A DNA stretch of 62,923 nucleotides, the filler included, from Licmophora abbreviata (Eukaryota): the NCBI GenBank assembly GCA_900291995.1. It is 11 parts of 11 records of this genome, joined end to end, with 100 filler letters (N's around TTAATTAATTAA, not from the genome) between each part and the next. Parts side by side here need not be neighbours in the genome. Positions count along the whole stretch, not along the records: positions 21,103 to 23,773 come from OLMU01003207.1; positions 23,874 to 26,339 come from OLMU01003208.1; positions 26,440 to 34,073 come from OLMU01003209.1; positions 34,174 to 36,907 come from OLMU01003210.1; 7 more parts are not named here. The stretch is one strand, 5' to 3'. Both the position numbers and the translations under genes were made by a program. Of the stretch, positions 22,745-34,283 are shown in pieces. The stretch's first letter is position 1, and every line of letters starts with the position of its first letter. The notes under the pieces are model-generated. The model did no database searches and was not told the DNA's origin. It saw only the letters and a list, made by a program, of their open reading frames with translations.

Positions 22745-24898
22745 ATGGATGATTTGGTGGCATTGTTTGACGCCGACGAGGAAAACAACTTGGCTGCGCC
22801 CGACAACGGCCACGAAGAAGGTCAATCCAAGAAACGCGGTACTGAAGAAGTGTCGAGGCGAGCATTGCGACCGTCCCATGGCAGCCTCAATCCCAAGACA
22901 TCCACTGCGCCAATTGCAAGACCACATCATCATCATCCCGACGCGAGACGAACCGCAACGCTGTCACAAACTCCAGCAGAAGCCAGCATTGACGCGAAAC
23001 TAGGCATTCGAATGACAAAGCGGAAAGTGTCTAGTGTTGACTTGATGGATATGATATCGATCCACCCATATCATTCTCCTGCTGCGATTAGTGCTATGAG
23101 TCTTTCTGCTCTGAATCGTCTGCTTCTGGACCCCGCGGCGGTGATCAGTGATGCGACTGTGACAGGAAAGACCAGTGCCGTCACTGTTGGGATCATCTTT
23201 ACCAATTCAGGGACGCGTGTATCAGGCAACGGTCGGGCATTCTCCATCTTGTCCATTGGTAATCTCTCTACCGGTCCCGCGCTAACCGTCTTTCTGTTTG
23301 GCGACGCCTACAGTCGCCACTGCACGACCTGCGTCCCGGGAACTGTCATTGCACTGACCGCTCCGAGGCTGGTGCCTCCGAAAGAAGGTTCTCAAGATAG
23401 GACGATTTCCTTGTCTGTCAATGCAAGTCAGCAGCTAGTTCCTGTTGCGACAGCTCGCGACTATGGTACCTGCAAGGGCAAAGCCCGGGTCAAACGAGCG
23501 GACGGGCAATGGTCATCGAATGGAGTTTGTAGAAATTTCGTTGACACGAGCATCAGTCCGTACTGTCTCACGCACCGGAAACAGGCCAACACGAAGAATG
23601 GCAAGGTCGGCAAGAAGAATACGCAGACGTTTGTCCAACGCGCTCGCACGGAGGCACCTTCCAGTGCATTCGGGGCGCGTCGATCCATCACTCAAGGACG
23701 CTCAGTGTCAGGCTCTGTGAAATCGAATAGTATCCTCACAATAGACACTCCACAAGGCTCGGTGGTTACTCATNNNNNNNNNNNNNNNNNNNNNNNNNNN
23801 NNNNNNNNNNNNNNNNNTTAATTAATTAANNNNNNNNNNNNNNNNNNNNNNNNNNNNNNNNNNNNNNNNNNNNTACCGAAACGTGGCTCGGGACCTGGAC
23901 CAGAAGCCAACAATACTTTAAGCTTAGGTCGCTCTTTGCTTCAAGCTCCGACGCGCCTGAAACGGGAAGGGACGGCGACGCCGGCGATCGGTGCGAGACG
24001 TCTTGCTGTGGCAAGTCTTGCTAGCTTCTCGTCGCAACCAACTGCAAGCGCTCGTAATGACCTTCCACGGCAAAGAGGTGCTCGGGCGAGCGCGACCACA
24101 AATATTGCCAAGACTAAGCATAGCGGTGCCATCCACGACTGGTTGAACGAAGCAGCTGCATCTAGCAAGAGTGTGTCCAAGGAAAACAATCACCGAGCTG
24201 TGAATAGGGACACGGGCACGTTTGACGGCACAGTGGCAATACCCAGACCCAACAAGCGCTTCAGATCTACGCCTGCCCAGCCGTTGGCTAGAGGCCCAGC
24301 TCGATCCCATCAACTTGAGCAAACGAAGAAAACATCGGTACTTCAAGCACAAAAACTTCTTGCCTCGCGATCAAAGACACCAAGTTCGAAAGAACAACAT
24401 TTGGGTCCGGGCAATAGTCTAGCACAAAGACCGAAATCCTCTTCACCCACACAACAGAGTAGGAGCGCACTCAAGGATACGCTGTACGGCAATCTTAGTG
24501 AACTAGATATGGACAAAATTGCATCGGCTGAGAGCCGATTCGCACGCGAAGCGAATGCTGAAGCCTACGCCAAGAGTCGTCGTACCGTCGCAGAACTAGA
24601 GCACCAAGAGAATCGCAAGACCATGGCGGATAACCGCAAGAAGGAACGGGCTGGTGGCGCGGGTCCTGTCAGCATAGAACGAATGTGGACGTGCAAGACC
24701 TGTGACCGTACAAGTGCGACGAAGCCAAATATTTGCATTCGTCGAAAGCATCATGTCGTCTTGGAGCGCAGCGTGAAACAGGCGACAACGGTCGAGGAGA
24801 AACGACTGCAGATAGGAAGCAAGACCGCAGAGGAGGGTGGGCTGGTTCTCGGTGCCGGGCTAGAGTGGGATAGGCGACGGATGAACTCTTATCGGTAG
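22745..24898 (+). CDS. MCM10: DNA replication protein MCM10 (interrupted by gap 23774-23873)
   Basis: OB fold (VTVGIIF..SGTRVSGNGRAFSI..TVFLFGDAY..GTVIAL), CCCH finger (DYGTCKGK..CRNFVD...YCLTH), C-terminal WTCKTC...C...H. Confidence 0.85.
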
Positions 24899-25058
24899 TC
24901 CTATGATCCCTAAGTAACAAAACATCCAACTGTGTCTTTAATGTATGATCGTACCGTCGCCCACGCCGGTTCATGCACTGGTACGGTCATGCCACTTGCT
25001 ATCAATCATGACTAAATGCGCCGACGAGAGCTCGCCCGTGACGCAGGGATGTTATCTC

Positions 25059-25659
25059 CTAGTGGGCTTCCTTTTCGCAGTGCTCCTTGTACGCATCGGG
25101 TCCTAGCAAACCCCCGAGCTCCGATGCATCGTCCAGCTCCAACTTGACAAACCAGGCGTTTCCCTCGGCATCTTCGTTGACCATACCAGGCTCATCAGAA
25201 AGACTCTCATTAATTTCCGTCACGGTTCCAGACACAGGGGCGTACACATCTGAGGCCGCTTTGACAGATTCGACACTTCCAAACGAGTCACCCTTTTCGA
25301 ATTTGTCGCCGACTTCGGGCAGATCGACGAAGACAATGTCACCGAGAGCCGCCTGGGCGAAGTCCGTGATTCCGCAAGTACCAACATTCCCATCGACTTT
25401 GCAGTACTCATGCGCTGTCGATAGGGGAAGAGAGAGAAAGCGTGAATATAAGGTTTAACAACGAAGCGTGGTATTCGTTCACCAATTTAGACTGTGACAG
25501 CATCAAAGATACGGCCGTCTCTGGAGGCGACTGACCTGGAGTAAAGTACGAACTCATGAGGCGCGCATTTCGCAGAGGTGCAACGCCGTGCACTCGAAGA
25601 CCCTTGTCAAAAGTTCGACGGACGAACGTGCGGGCCAAAAGACTTGCTGTGGATGCCAT
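25059..25659 (-). CDS. GCSH: Glycine cleavage system H protein, mitochondrial (exons 25659-25536, 25414-25059)
   Basis: HEY..GITDFAQAALGDIVFVDLP..GSVESVKAASDVYAPVSG with lipoyl-Lys. Arg-rich presequence. Confidence 0.95.
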
Positions 25660-26164
25660 GGTGATTGCTGTTTACAAAGAGAGTGACGCCGAAAGCGGTT
25701 GTGTTCAATGTTCAACATCAAAGTCGAAGCAGGCACACATCAACCTTTTCGACGCATCACCACACAGTCTCCGTGCGCCGTCGCCGATGACGTACGAGCT
25801 TGCCTGTACGTGTGAGGTGATCCCAGGTGCTTTGGGTGTGCCGTCCCAACACGTTTTGGAGTACCAGATCTTCCTTACACAGACAGGCCCAGCATAAACA
25901 AGCAAAACGACGCGAGATCCCCATACCTATACCGTCGGTGTCTTTCCTTCTACTGCAGTTTGCTGATAGGGCATCAAGCTGCGTTAATTCTATAATGCGA
26001 GGTTAGACAGTTCGGATAACCGATGCTGAGCGAGAAGCTAACGATAACGAGAGTCGCTCCTTTGAAGGGTAAAGCCGGAATTTGACCTCGTGAGGCGTCT
26101 ACTTGGTGGTGATAGTAGAAGTACATCCTAGCTATCTAAAGCTCTTCATAGGGGCAAAGCTAGT

Positions 26165-27042
26165 TCAGGTCGTCGTCGAGAACACAGATGCTCCACTCAG
26201 ACGTGTAGCTCCGCTGGTATTTTTTCGTTCATGTGAGACATGTACGCGTTCCAAATCGCACTGAGCATGTTGCTGTAAAGCACTCGGAACTTCAGCGGAA
26301 TGATAGAGAAATTGATCACGTTTGCAGCAGGCCAGAACTNNNNNNNNNNNNNNNNNNNNNNNNNNNNNNNNNNNNNNNNNNNNTTAATTAATTAANNNNN
26401 NNNNNNNNNNNNNNNNNNNNNNNNNNNNNNNNNNNNNNNGTTTGCAGCAGGCCAGAACTGCCAGCTTTTCAGTACCGCCCCTGTCCATTTCGATTGCAGC
26501 TTGTCGGCGACGCGGCTAAGACCTTCCCCACTCAACAATGTCCGACACGTAAAGTAGCCGGCAACAGCAATTGGCGAGAATACCACAGCATCCAGTACCA
26601 TTCGCACAGCGATCCCCATTAGGCGATGATCTACGCTGACCATTTTCTCTAGGAGAGTATACCACGTATGGGTAGCTGGGCCTGACCATGCAAAGCCTGT
26701 AATTGCGACTTGCGCCGTTCGATCCCAGTCCTGGTGATAAAGTAACCGGCCTGCGGTCTGCACCGGGCGTTTCTCCACAGCTGAACCCTTCGACGATTGC
26801 CGTCGGCGCCCTCGTGACTGAAAAGTTCCCTCAACGCTTTGACACAATACGTCGGAAAAAGACATGATTGCGGCGCTGGTGCTTGCCTTTGTCAGTAAAG
26901 GACGCTTGACAAGCATCGCCTTATACCATTGCCACATTGTCGATTGTGTGGACAGCGCGTCTTCAGTTTCACTTCCAAGAATTTTGCCTACACCAAGGAA
27001 GAAGACAAGTAACACCAATAATGACTTCGAAGGTTTCGCCAT
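26165..27042 (-). CDS. Mpv17/PMP22 family membrane protein (spans a gap with a 20-nt overlap)
   Basis: RPLLTKASTS..SDVLCQ, DWDRT, GPATHTWY..LE, WQFWPAAN|VINFSIIPLKFRVLYSN..WNAYMS. Confidence 0.88.
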
Positions 27043-27405
27043 GGTGGTTGCATCTCTCCTTTGCGACGCGATGTGCTCAGGCAGGAAATGGAATATGGAA
27101 CGAATCGACTCGTATCCATCTATAGTACTCTTTGTGAACAACCGAGAGCGCCATCGAACTTCTGTGTTGCGACACCCGCGACTCGCCACATAAACGAGGA
27201 GGACGCGGTTGTTCGCGCGAAAAGCAATACCGGTTGGCGCCGGCACATTGAACATGACGACGGACGACGGAAGATTGAAGATGGTCGCCTCACAGCCACA
27301 ACATTTGAACACACCAACAGACGGCGAAGACATCGGTGCCGCGAGTGCTGTAGCTTGAGAGAAGACCAGAGCCAACGGAGGCTGAATCGAGCACGAAGAT
27401 TCCAC

Positions 27406-28443
27406 ATGAGCAGCCTGAAGAGACTCCCGAAAATCAGTGTGATTGCCTGTGCTATATCGTCGCTCGCTCGGGTGCCAGGAGCCCATTCCTTGTTGATGAA
27501 ACCCCCAGCGCGCCGCTATTATCACCGTACTGTCGTTTTACGATTGAATCGCTTCTTGTTCGATTCAAGCGAGTTAGACCCGACTGAAGACGCCACCAGC
27601 GCAATGTCTGTCACGCTACGAAAAGAGGACTACAGAACTGTCCACGCAGCAAAGGTTCTTGGGTTACACAACGGCGAAGCTGTACGTGCTGGGATAGTAA
27701 GTTGTGAAGAGCACGATGGCCTTACAACAGACAACGCCATTATACAATGGATCCCAGAAGGAAAAATCAAAAAAGCCGAGCCACTCAAGAACGGAAATCC
27801 GCCCGGGTCGCTTCGACTTATTCTCAAGTCCCTCATGCCGTCGTCGAGCATTGATCCAGAGTCGCGTATCAGCTTAATTCTTGCCCTCCCGAGACCGCTT
27901 CAGCTGGGTCGAATGCTTCCAATGATTGCTCAGATAGGTGTTGATCGCCTTATCCTAACGGAAGCCCGGAAAGTACCGAAAGACTACTTTGGATCGCATC
28001 TATTTCGACAACCAGAGGAGCTGCGATTGCGACTCGTTGAAGGGCTTTGCCAAGCTGGGGATGCAAAGCTACCGAAAGTTCATGTCGTAAGGAATCTTTC
28101 TTCATTTATGGAAAACGAGTTGGAGCAGCTCTTCCCTTCGACCGAATTCGCTCGTGTCATTGCCCATCCGCAGCGCGACGGAGATTCCATGCCTTCCCGA
28201 ATACGGTCTGTGTCGTTTCCGCGAGAAGCCACTGCGCAACGAATGGTAGTTGCCGTGGGACCTGAAGGAGGCTGGGAGGAACCGGATGAGCTGGAGGAGT
28301 TTCAGCAGCGAGGATTTCAACAGATCACGCTCGGTAAACGAACACTGAGAAGTGATGTCGCGGTAGTCAGTTTGCTCAGTCTTGCGCATGATGCATGCAG
28401 CGACGAAATTCAGAACAATTCAGAACTAGCAAAACATGAATAG
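27406..28443 (+). CDS. rsmE: 16S rRNA m3U1498 methyltransferase RsmE-like (SPOUT), probably organelle-targeted
   Basis: HAAKVL, LILALPRP, QIGVDRL, VAVGPEGGW...E, ITLGKRTLRSDVA. Hydrophobic N-terminus. Confidence 0.88.
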   Translation: MSSLKRLPKISVIACAISSLARVPGAHSLLMKPPARRYYHRTVVLRLNRFLFDSSELDPTEDATSAMSVTLRKEDYRTVHAAKVLGLHNGEAVRAGIVSCEEHDGLTTDNAIIQWIPEGKIKKAEPLKNGNPPGSLRLILKSLMPSSSIDPESRISLILALPRPLQLGRMLPMIAQIGVDRLILTEARKVPKDYFGSHLFRQPEELRLRLVEGLCQAGDAKLPKVHVVRNLSSFMENELEQLFPSTEFARVIAHPQRDGDSMPSRIRSVSFPREATAQRMVVAVGPEGGWEEPDELEEFQQRGFQQITLGKRTLRSDVAVVSLLSLAHDACSDEIQNNSELAKHE

Positions 28444-28485
28444 ACACTAGAGAAGTTTAGACGCATCCATTCCGAGTCTTGCGTA

Positions 28486-31419
28486 TCAAGGTCCCACCAA
28501 ACTGGGAGGAGGCCGCAAGCTTAGCTCGCGAAACACGGCATCAATTATCTTGTCTCGTGCGACGGATTGGAAGTTCAGTTGATTCGTGGTGAACGCAAGG
28601 CTCAGTCCGAGCTCAGGAATACCGAGAACAATCGATCCTCCAAAGCCCGCATGCCCAAGTGATCGAACGGTCGACCCGCCATCTCGCTCTATTTCGTGCA
28701 GTTGGAAACCCAAACCAAATGAAGCCTCAGAATTATCAAGCATGGTGCTATCCAAAGAAGTAGCAGCACTTGTACTCTTCTGGGGAGACCTGGCTTCTTC
28801 AATACTTGATGACGAGAGAAATCTTCGGGACGAGTCGCCACATATCACTGCATCCATGAAGGTTGCTAACGCAACAGCTGAAGCATGCCCGTTTGCCGAT
28901 GGCACCTTGGCGGAACGGACCTTTCGCATATTGAACACAGAAGGATTCAGCAACTGCTCACGACCTCTCCATTTCTCAAGCTGGGGGCTCGATTCGCCGT
29001 CGTCGAGAATCTCTTTTGCTTTCACGTCTAACGGGCGACCCGTGCTTTTCGCCTTCTTTTCCTTCCGAGCGGTGAGCACTGTCAGTTTGTCCACGAGAGC
29101 GTCGTCAGGGAGACCTCCCATGTGCAGCTCTTCGATGATATCTAGTGGTCGGAGCAGACGCTTGCTCAAGAAATTCTCATACGCTTCGCCAGTAACCTCC
29201 TCTATTAGACCACCGAGGAGCCATGCAAACGTCAAGTAATGATAATGAGTTTCGGTGCCGGGTATGTGAGCCGGCAAAGCAGCTGAGCTTGCGATGAAAC
29301 TCTTCATTTGGTCCCAGTCGGTCAGTAGATCAATGGAGGCATTCAAAGGCAACGCATCTGCCAACCCCGCCTGATGAGACAAGGCGTGTCGAATTGTTAT
29401 CAAGTACTTGTCAGGATGCGATGCTCCGAATGCAGGCCAGTGCTTGGCTACGGGGTCGTCGACCGGGATATTCCTGTCTTCTAACAAAGCGAGTACACCT
29501 GTGGAAAGAACCGCCTTTGATACTGAAAAGACATTGAACAGAGATGATGGTGTAACCGGTCGTGGATTTACGTTGCCCAACGTTCCAGCAGCGACATTCG
29601 CTATCGTCGTGCCCTTTGAAACAACACAAACCTGCATACCGACGGCGTGGCCACCTTCAATCAACTCCAGCGCCACCACGCGAAGTTTTTCTTGTAGCGC
29701 CGAGTCGATTTCGTCTGCTGAGGAGTGAACCACGTTGACGGCACGTTCGTGCTCGGGTACGGAATGTCGCAAGGTTTCACGCGCAGCGTCTGCCATGGTG
29801 GCCAAGTATGGATACCGTACGTTCAGTTTAGAGCATAGTCCTCGCAACATGGCAGTGACGCGAGTAAAGAAGATGAGTTCCGACGGCCACGCATCGACTG
29901 GATTGCGCAGTTTTCTGTCTTTCTCGAGGTTTTGCTCTTTCCGCATGGCTTCTGTTTTTGCTTTAGATTGTTTCGCTCGTTGTTTCTTGGCGTCGGCCGC
30001 TTCCGATTGAGGAATAGTGTCTGACAAGGATCTCTGCATGACTGCCATGTCCTCAAACGGATCGTAGCGATTCAGCTTGAGACCCATTTCATCGAAACTC
30101 TGCAAGAGACCATCTATATCCGTCTCGTGCGAGGAATAGACCAACCGGGAGAATGCAACGCGCATATCAGGCTCGAGACGCTTGGTCAAACCAAAGTCCA
30201 GCAACACAGGTACCGATGGATCACCGTCCTTCTGTACCGTTGACACCAGTATATTGCCAGCATGAGGATCAGAGTTGAAAGTGCCTTGAGAATGAATCTG
30301 AGCGGCCCAGGAGGTACAGACGCGCTCCAACAATAGATGCCGATCGACATGATATCGATCGAGACTCTCAATGTCTCGTATAGGAAATCCTTCGCAAAAG
30401 TCCATGATCAGAATCTTTTCTGTTACTAGCTCTGGAACAACCTGCGGTACAACAGCGCGAACGTTTCGACGTTGCAACAAATCTCGAACTTCGTTCATGT
30501 TCAACGCCTCTTGTCGAAAGTCCAGCTCTTTGCGAACTTCTTTTGTGTACTCATCAACGACTGGCGTGTAGTCCAGTTCGGGTTCGGATTTCGACAACAG
30601 GTCCAGTATTGTACGGAGATTTTCCATGTCTTGTATCATCAGAGAGGCAACGCCTCGGTGTTGTGCCTTGATTACCACGTCTCGACCGTCGCTCAGTGTC
30701 GCACGGTGCACCTGTGCGAGCGAAGCCGTAGATAAAGGTGTAGGATCGATATGTTGTATCAGTGCGAGCTTCTCGCGTGAGAGCTGTTCGCTCAGCGTCT
30801 TTTGTACATGCGAGAATGGCTTTGCTGGTACTCCATCTTGCAGCGTCGCCAGTGTCTGCAAGTACTGTGGAGGCATGACATCTGCTCGGGAGCTCAAGTA
30901 CTGTCCAACTTTGACCCAGAACCCCTGTAGATTCTCAATGCCCCGCAACAATCGTTTCGCATTCATGTCATGAGCATGATCCCAAAGTTCTTTAAGAGCT
31001 GGGTGATCGTCGTCACTGTCGTCATCTTTTTCCAATGTCAGTCCGTGTCGTCGTCGAAGGCGAGATTCCTTCCACTGGACAAACTTGTACGAAAGAAAAA
31101 CGCGGCCAGCGAGAGCGAAGACTTTCATGCGGCGCTGAATCTTGGATAAGATGAAGGGCTCATCGTAAGTGCGGAAAGTGGTCAGCTGGTGGTGCTGGTG
31201 CTGATCCTTTGACATTCCGCTGGGTTTGAAACGTGATGTTCGCTCGTGTTCTTCTCCAGTCGTCGTCGTCGTCGCGTTGGCGGGCGGTTCGAAATCGATT
31301 ACAGCCGGAGTTCTGGAAGCAGTAGTTTTCACCCTTTGCGAAAGAGAGTGCACCATACTACGATTTTCGAGTAGAAATACAAGCAACAGGCTGCAGACAG
31401 ACAAAAATCGTGCTGCCAT
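28486..31419 (-). CDS. ABC1/UbiB atypical kinase fused to a beta-lactamase-like domain
   Basis: GFWVKVGQYLSSRAD, PLSTASLAQVHRA, VVIKAQH, ELDF..EA, NSDPHAGN, LLDFG. These are followed by FSVSK (SxxK), LSHQAGL, YHY, PSANG and GHAGFGGS. Confidence 0.92.
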   Translation of the reverse strand: MAARFLSVCSLLLVFLLENRSMVHSLSQRVKTTASRTPAVIDFEPPANATTTTTGEEHERTSRFKPSGMSKDQHQHHQLTTFRTYDEPFILSKIQRRMKVFALAGRVFLSYKFVQWKESRLRRRHGLTLEKDDDSDDDHPALKELWDHAHDMNAKRLLRGIENLQGFWVKVGQYLSSRADVMPPQYLQTLATLQDGVPAKPFSHVQKTLSEQLSREKLALIQHIDPTPLSTASLAQVHRATLSDGRDVVIKAQHRGVASLMIQDMENLRTILDLLSKSEPELDYTPVVDEYTKEVRKELDFRQEALNMNEVRDLLQRRNVRAVVPQVVPELVTEKILIMDFCEGFPIRDIESLDRYHVDRHLLLERVCTSWAAQIHSQGTFNSDPHAGNILVSTVQKDGDPSVPVLLDFGLTKRLEPDMRVAFSRLVYSSHETDIDGLLQSFDEMGLKLNRYDPFEDMAVMQRSLSDTIPQSEAADAKKQRAKQSKAKTEAMRKEQNLEKDRKLRNPVDAWPSELIFFTRVTAMLRGLCSKLNVRYPYLATMADAARETLRHSVPEHERAVNVVHSSADEIDSALQEKLRVVALELIEGGHAVGMQVCVVSKGTTIANVAAGTLGNVNPRPVTPSSLFNVFSVSKAVLSTGVLALLEDRNIPVDDPVAKHWPAFGASHPDKYLITIRHALSHQAGLADALPLNASIDLLTDWDQMKSFIASSAALPAHIPGTETHYHYLTFAWLLGGLIEEVTGEAYENFLSKRLLRPLDIIEELHMGGLPDDALVDKLTVLTARKEKKAKSTGRPLDVKAKEILDDGESSPQLEKWRGREQLLNPSVFNMRKVRSAKVPSANGHASAVALATFMDAVICGDSSRRFLSSSSIEEARSPQKSTSAATSLDSTMLDNSEASFGLGFQLHEIERDGGSTVRSLGHAGFGGSIVLGIPELGLSLAFTTNQLNFQSVARDKIIDAVFRELSLRPPPSLVGP

Positions 31420-31642
31420 TGTCCAACTAATAGGGAAGTGCGCAAAAAGTGAGACTGAAAACATCCGATTATCTCGGTCGATCGGGTCACAATCGTGTCT
31501 GAATTTTGCGGTCGCTCGTCTCGTGGAGCCCTATTCACTTATCGAAGCTCGTAGCTCACATAGAATAGGATGGCTCAAAACCCAATAAACATACGATCGC
31601 GATGATTTGACGCTGCGTCTGCACACCAACATTACCATTACC

Positions 31643-32635
31643 ATGATGACAATGATAGCGACAGCAGCGGCGCGTCAAGTGACTTCGAGCAGCTCTTTGT
31701 TTTGTAGATTGACGCGAGCAGGGACTCGGTTGGCAAGTGGATCGGGTCACGTGAAGATAGATCCGTCGCGATACGTCACTGGCATCAAGGCAAGCGACGT
31801 TGAAAACGACCCGGTGCTGTCTGCTTATTTCGCGGCCAATTTTCCGGAACAGGACGAGGAACCCACTGTTGCTGCAGTCGGAGAAGACAAAGACCAGGAG
31901 GAAGCATCTGAGGATGAAGTTTTACGCGACGAGACTCTTGAACGCTTAAATATCAGGCCTCTATCATGCTACAAACGTGATACAGTGGAAGAGGAAGGTT
32001 CACGCAGATGTCGACGTATGAGGCGACTCGACCTGTTCATCCCAGGACTTCTCTATGGTGGGGATCCCACTAAGGGAATCCACGCCACTGATCCTGACAG
32101 TAAAGTGTTTGTCAAGACTCCGTGGAATTTGCTGCATCGTGAACTGGACCGATACCATAGAAACTTCGAATCGAGAGTGTACGATCTAACGCTCTATGAA
32201 GATGTTGAAGATACAGAAGGGACAGTCCACCGCGTTGTCGCTCGGGATGTTCAGAGACACCCCGTTCAAAGCAAGATACATTGCGCCAACTATCTGCGCT
32301 ACTTTCCTGGACGGCCTGTCAAGCTTCCGTTTGTCTATGTGAACGAAGAAGAGAGCCCTGCCTTGAAGAGAGATGGATACGTTGTTCCCATTAGCCGACA
32401 CTTGGAGTGTGTGATCGAGGACGGCGTTCCGATTCCGGAGCACTTGGAGATTGAATGCACTGGTTTGCGACTCAGAGAATGTATTCGAATGGATCGCATT
32501 ATTCTTCCCGATGGAGTCACACCGAGCCGAAGTGTCGATCAAGAAACCTTCCTGGTCGGCCCTATCTTCGGCAAGGGATCCGACGAGCCCGAAGAGGAGG
32601 AGGAGGCGGCAGAGAAAGAGGCAGGAGGTGAATAG
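31643..32635 (+). CDS. Organellar (probably mitochondrial) ribosomal protein bL25/CTC
   Basis: GSRRCRRMRR..IPGLLYG, RDVQRHPV, SPALKRDG, IPEHLEIE..GL, acidic tail, mitochondrial-type presequence. Confidence 0.82.
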   Translation: MMTMIATAAARQVTSSSSLFCRLTRAGTRLASGSGHVKIDPSRYVTGIKASDVENDPVLSAYFAANFPEQDEEPTVAAVGEDKDQEEASEDEVLRDETLERLNIRPLSCYKRDTVEEEGSRRCRRMRRLDLFIPGLLYGGDPTKGIHATDPDSKVFVKTPWNLLHRELDRYHRNFESRVYDLTLYEDVEDTEGTVHRVVARDVQRHPVQSKIHCANYLRYFPGRPVKLPFVYVNEEESPALKRDGYVVPISRHLECVIEDGVPIPEHLEIECTGLRLRECIRMDRIILPDGVTPSRSVDQETFLVGPIFGKGSDEPEEEEEAAEKEAGGE

Positions 32636-32736
32636 AGTACGCATGCATTAGTATAAAAAATATCTTTGGTATCATATAATTTCTATGTGTAATATCGACG
32701 GACCTCCAAAGGACATGAGGGGAGTCACTCGTCTAC

Positions 32737-33952
32737 TCATTGAGCGCCTACTCGTACTTCAGCATCACTAGCATCCTCGCGTGGCTCTCTTGTGTGCTCC
32801 TTTGCATTTCCATCGGTCTCTAATACTCGTTGCGTAAAAGTTCTTGGTGAATTGGGAGTCAAGGGTGAGAAAATATCTCCTTGCTGAAATCGGCGAAACG
32901 AGATGAAGGCTTCGGCGGGCGGGACGGGCGTCGGCAACAGTGGAGACTGCGCACGGTCCATGCTTTCGGTATTGATCGGTTGTGGGTCACGTTTTCGCGC
33001 CGAGTATAGAAGCATCATGGACGGGACCAAGGTCGGTACCCACACAAAGCCGATCCACCACGCGGCACTGAAGCGGTCTGGAATACTGGAGGTGGTTGGT
33101 AGATGAAGTGCCCGCGCTACTAACCATACCGACCGAATCGCGTAGCACATCGTGCAAAGTAGCATTGGAACAAGCGGCTTGGCAAGAATCAGAGCCATAT
33201 CTAAGGTACCGCTTGGAGGCAAAGTGGACAATCGAAGGATCCGTCGTGCAGTGAGGTGGGAACAGATAGCCGCGACAGAAGCCTGCACACCCCAAGAAGC
33301 ACCTTCAACTATCAAATGAGCTCGATACACCAGCGATGATCCCTTAGATCTCGACAAGATATCGACTGCCTGCCAAACCGATAAACATGAAAGAACGATC
33401 CCTGTTGCAACCAAGAGTCTGGACGCTACCTTCTCAAGTCGGCTTCCCACTGAAGTAGACGTGACGGCAGTTCTGAGCCACATCAAAGTGACCACCGAAA
33501 ATGCGTTGAACTCGAACATAGCCCGTCCCACAACCTCCAACAAGACGTATCCAAGCTTCTCCGCAAACTCCCTATTCTGACTGAGGGGTAGTACTCTTGC
33601 CACGTCGGCATAGGCGATGCATTCAACTGTCATAGCCAACCTTCGAAAGAGGAAGACGAAGTGAGATCGACACGTTTCGAATTGCGCGTTTCTTGCTACG
33701 GAGTCGCTAAGACAAACGATGGCGTCATGAAAGAGGGCCTACGTACCATAGCAGCGTATGGAAGGATCGTCGATGTGTGAACCAGTCCCAGCGAGAGCTT
33801 GACTCTGCTCTGCGATTGATGAGTTCGTGCTGTTGACGGCGCCTACTGCGGGATCTGAGCAACAGGTGAAACAGGACCCGCCACTTTGAAACGATCCACA
33901 GGAGAAGCGAGAGTGCCAAACCAATGCTCCCGGCAGTCTTGTTCGTCCACAT
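32737..33952 (-). CDS. Multi-pass (about 7 TM) membrane protein, possibly THH1/TOM1-like (exons ~33952-33747, 33640-32737)
   Basis: Alternating hydrophobic helices. Intron 33746-33641 joins LW|LAM in frame. Family assignment is tentative. Confidence 0.6.
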
Positions 33953-34283
33953 TATGGGAGGAAGGGATACTTTCGAGGCGGAAAGGCTGCAACAGGGTCG
34001 ATATTGCCACACATCAGCAGCGGCAAGGCGATTGTGTCACGCATGTCGCGTGTCAGAGGGATGTGCTCCTCTCNNNNNNNNNNNNNNNNNNNNNNNNNNN
34101 NNNNNNNNNNNNNNNNNTTAATTAATTAANNNNNNNNNNNNNNNNNNNNNNNNNNNNNNNNNNNNNNNNNNNNTCTCCTTTACGTCATCACTAAGCTATG
34201 TTGTCTCGCGTCGTCGTGCTCCTCGTCTCGCCACTGCTCTCCCAAGGGTTTAGACACATGTTTACCGCAGACGCAGGACCATA

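Noticed and set aside
26392..27525. Apparent long overlaps of opposite-strand ORFs (MPV17/RsmE; also 3745-3881)
   Set aside because: Caused by the ORF caller using upstream non-ATG or out-of-context starts. The plausible ATGs (27042/27406 and 3629/3835) do not overlap.
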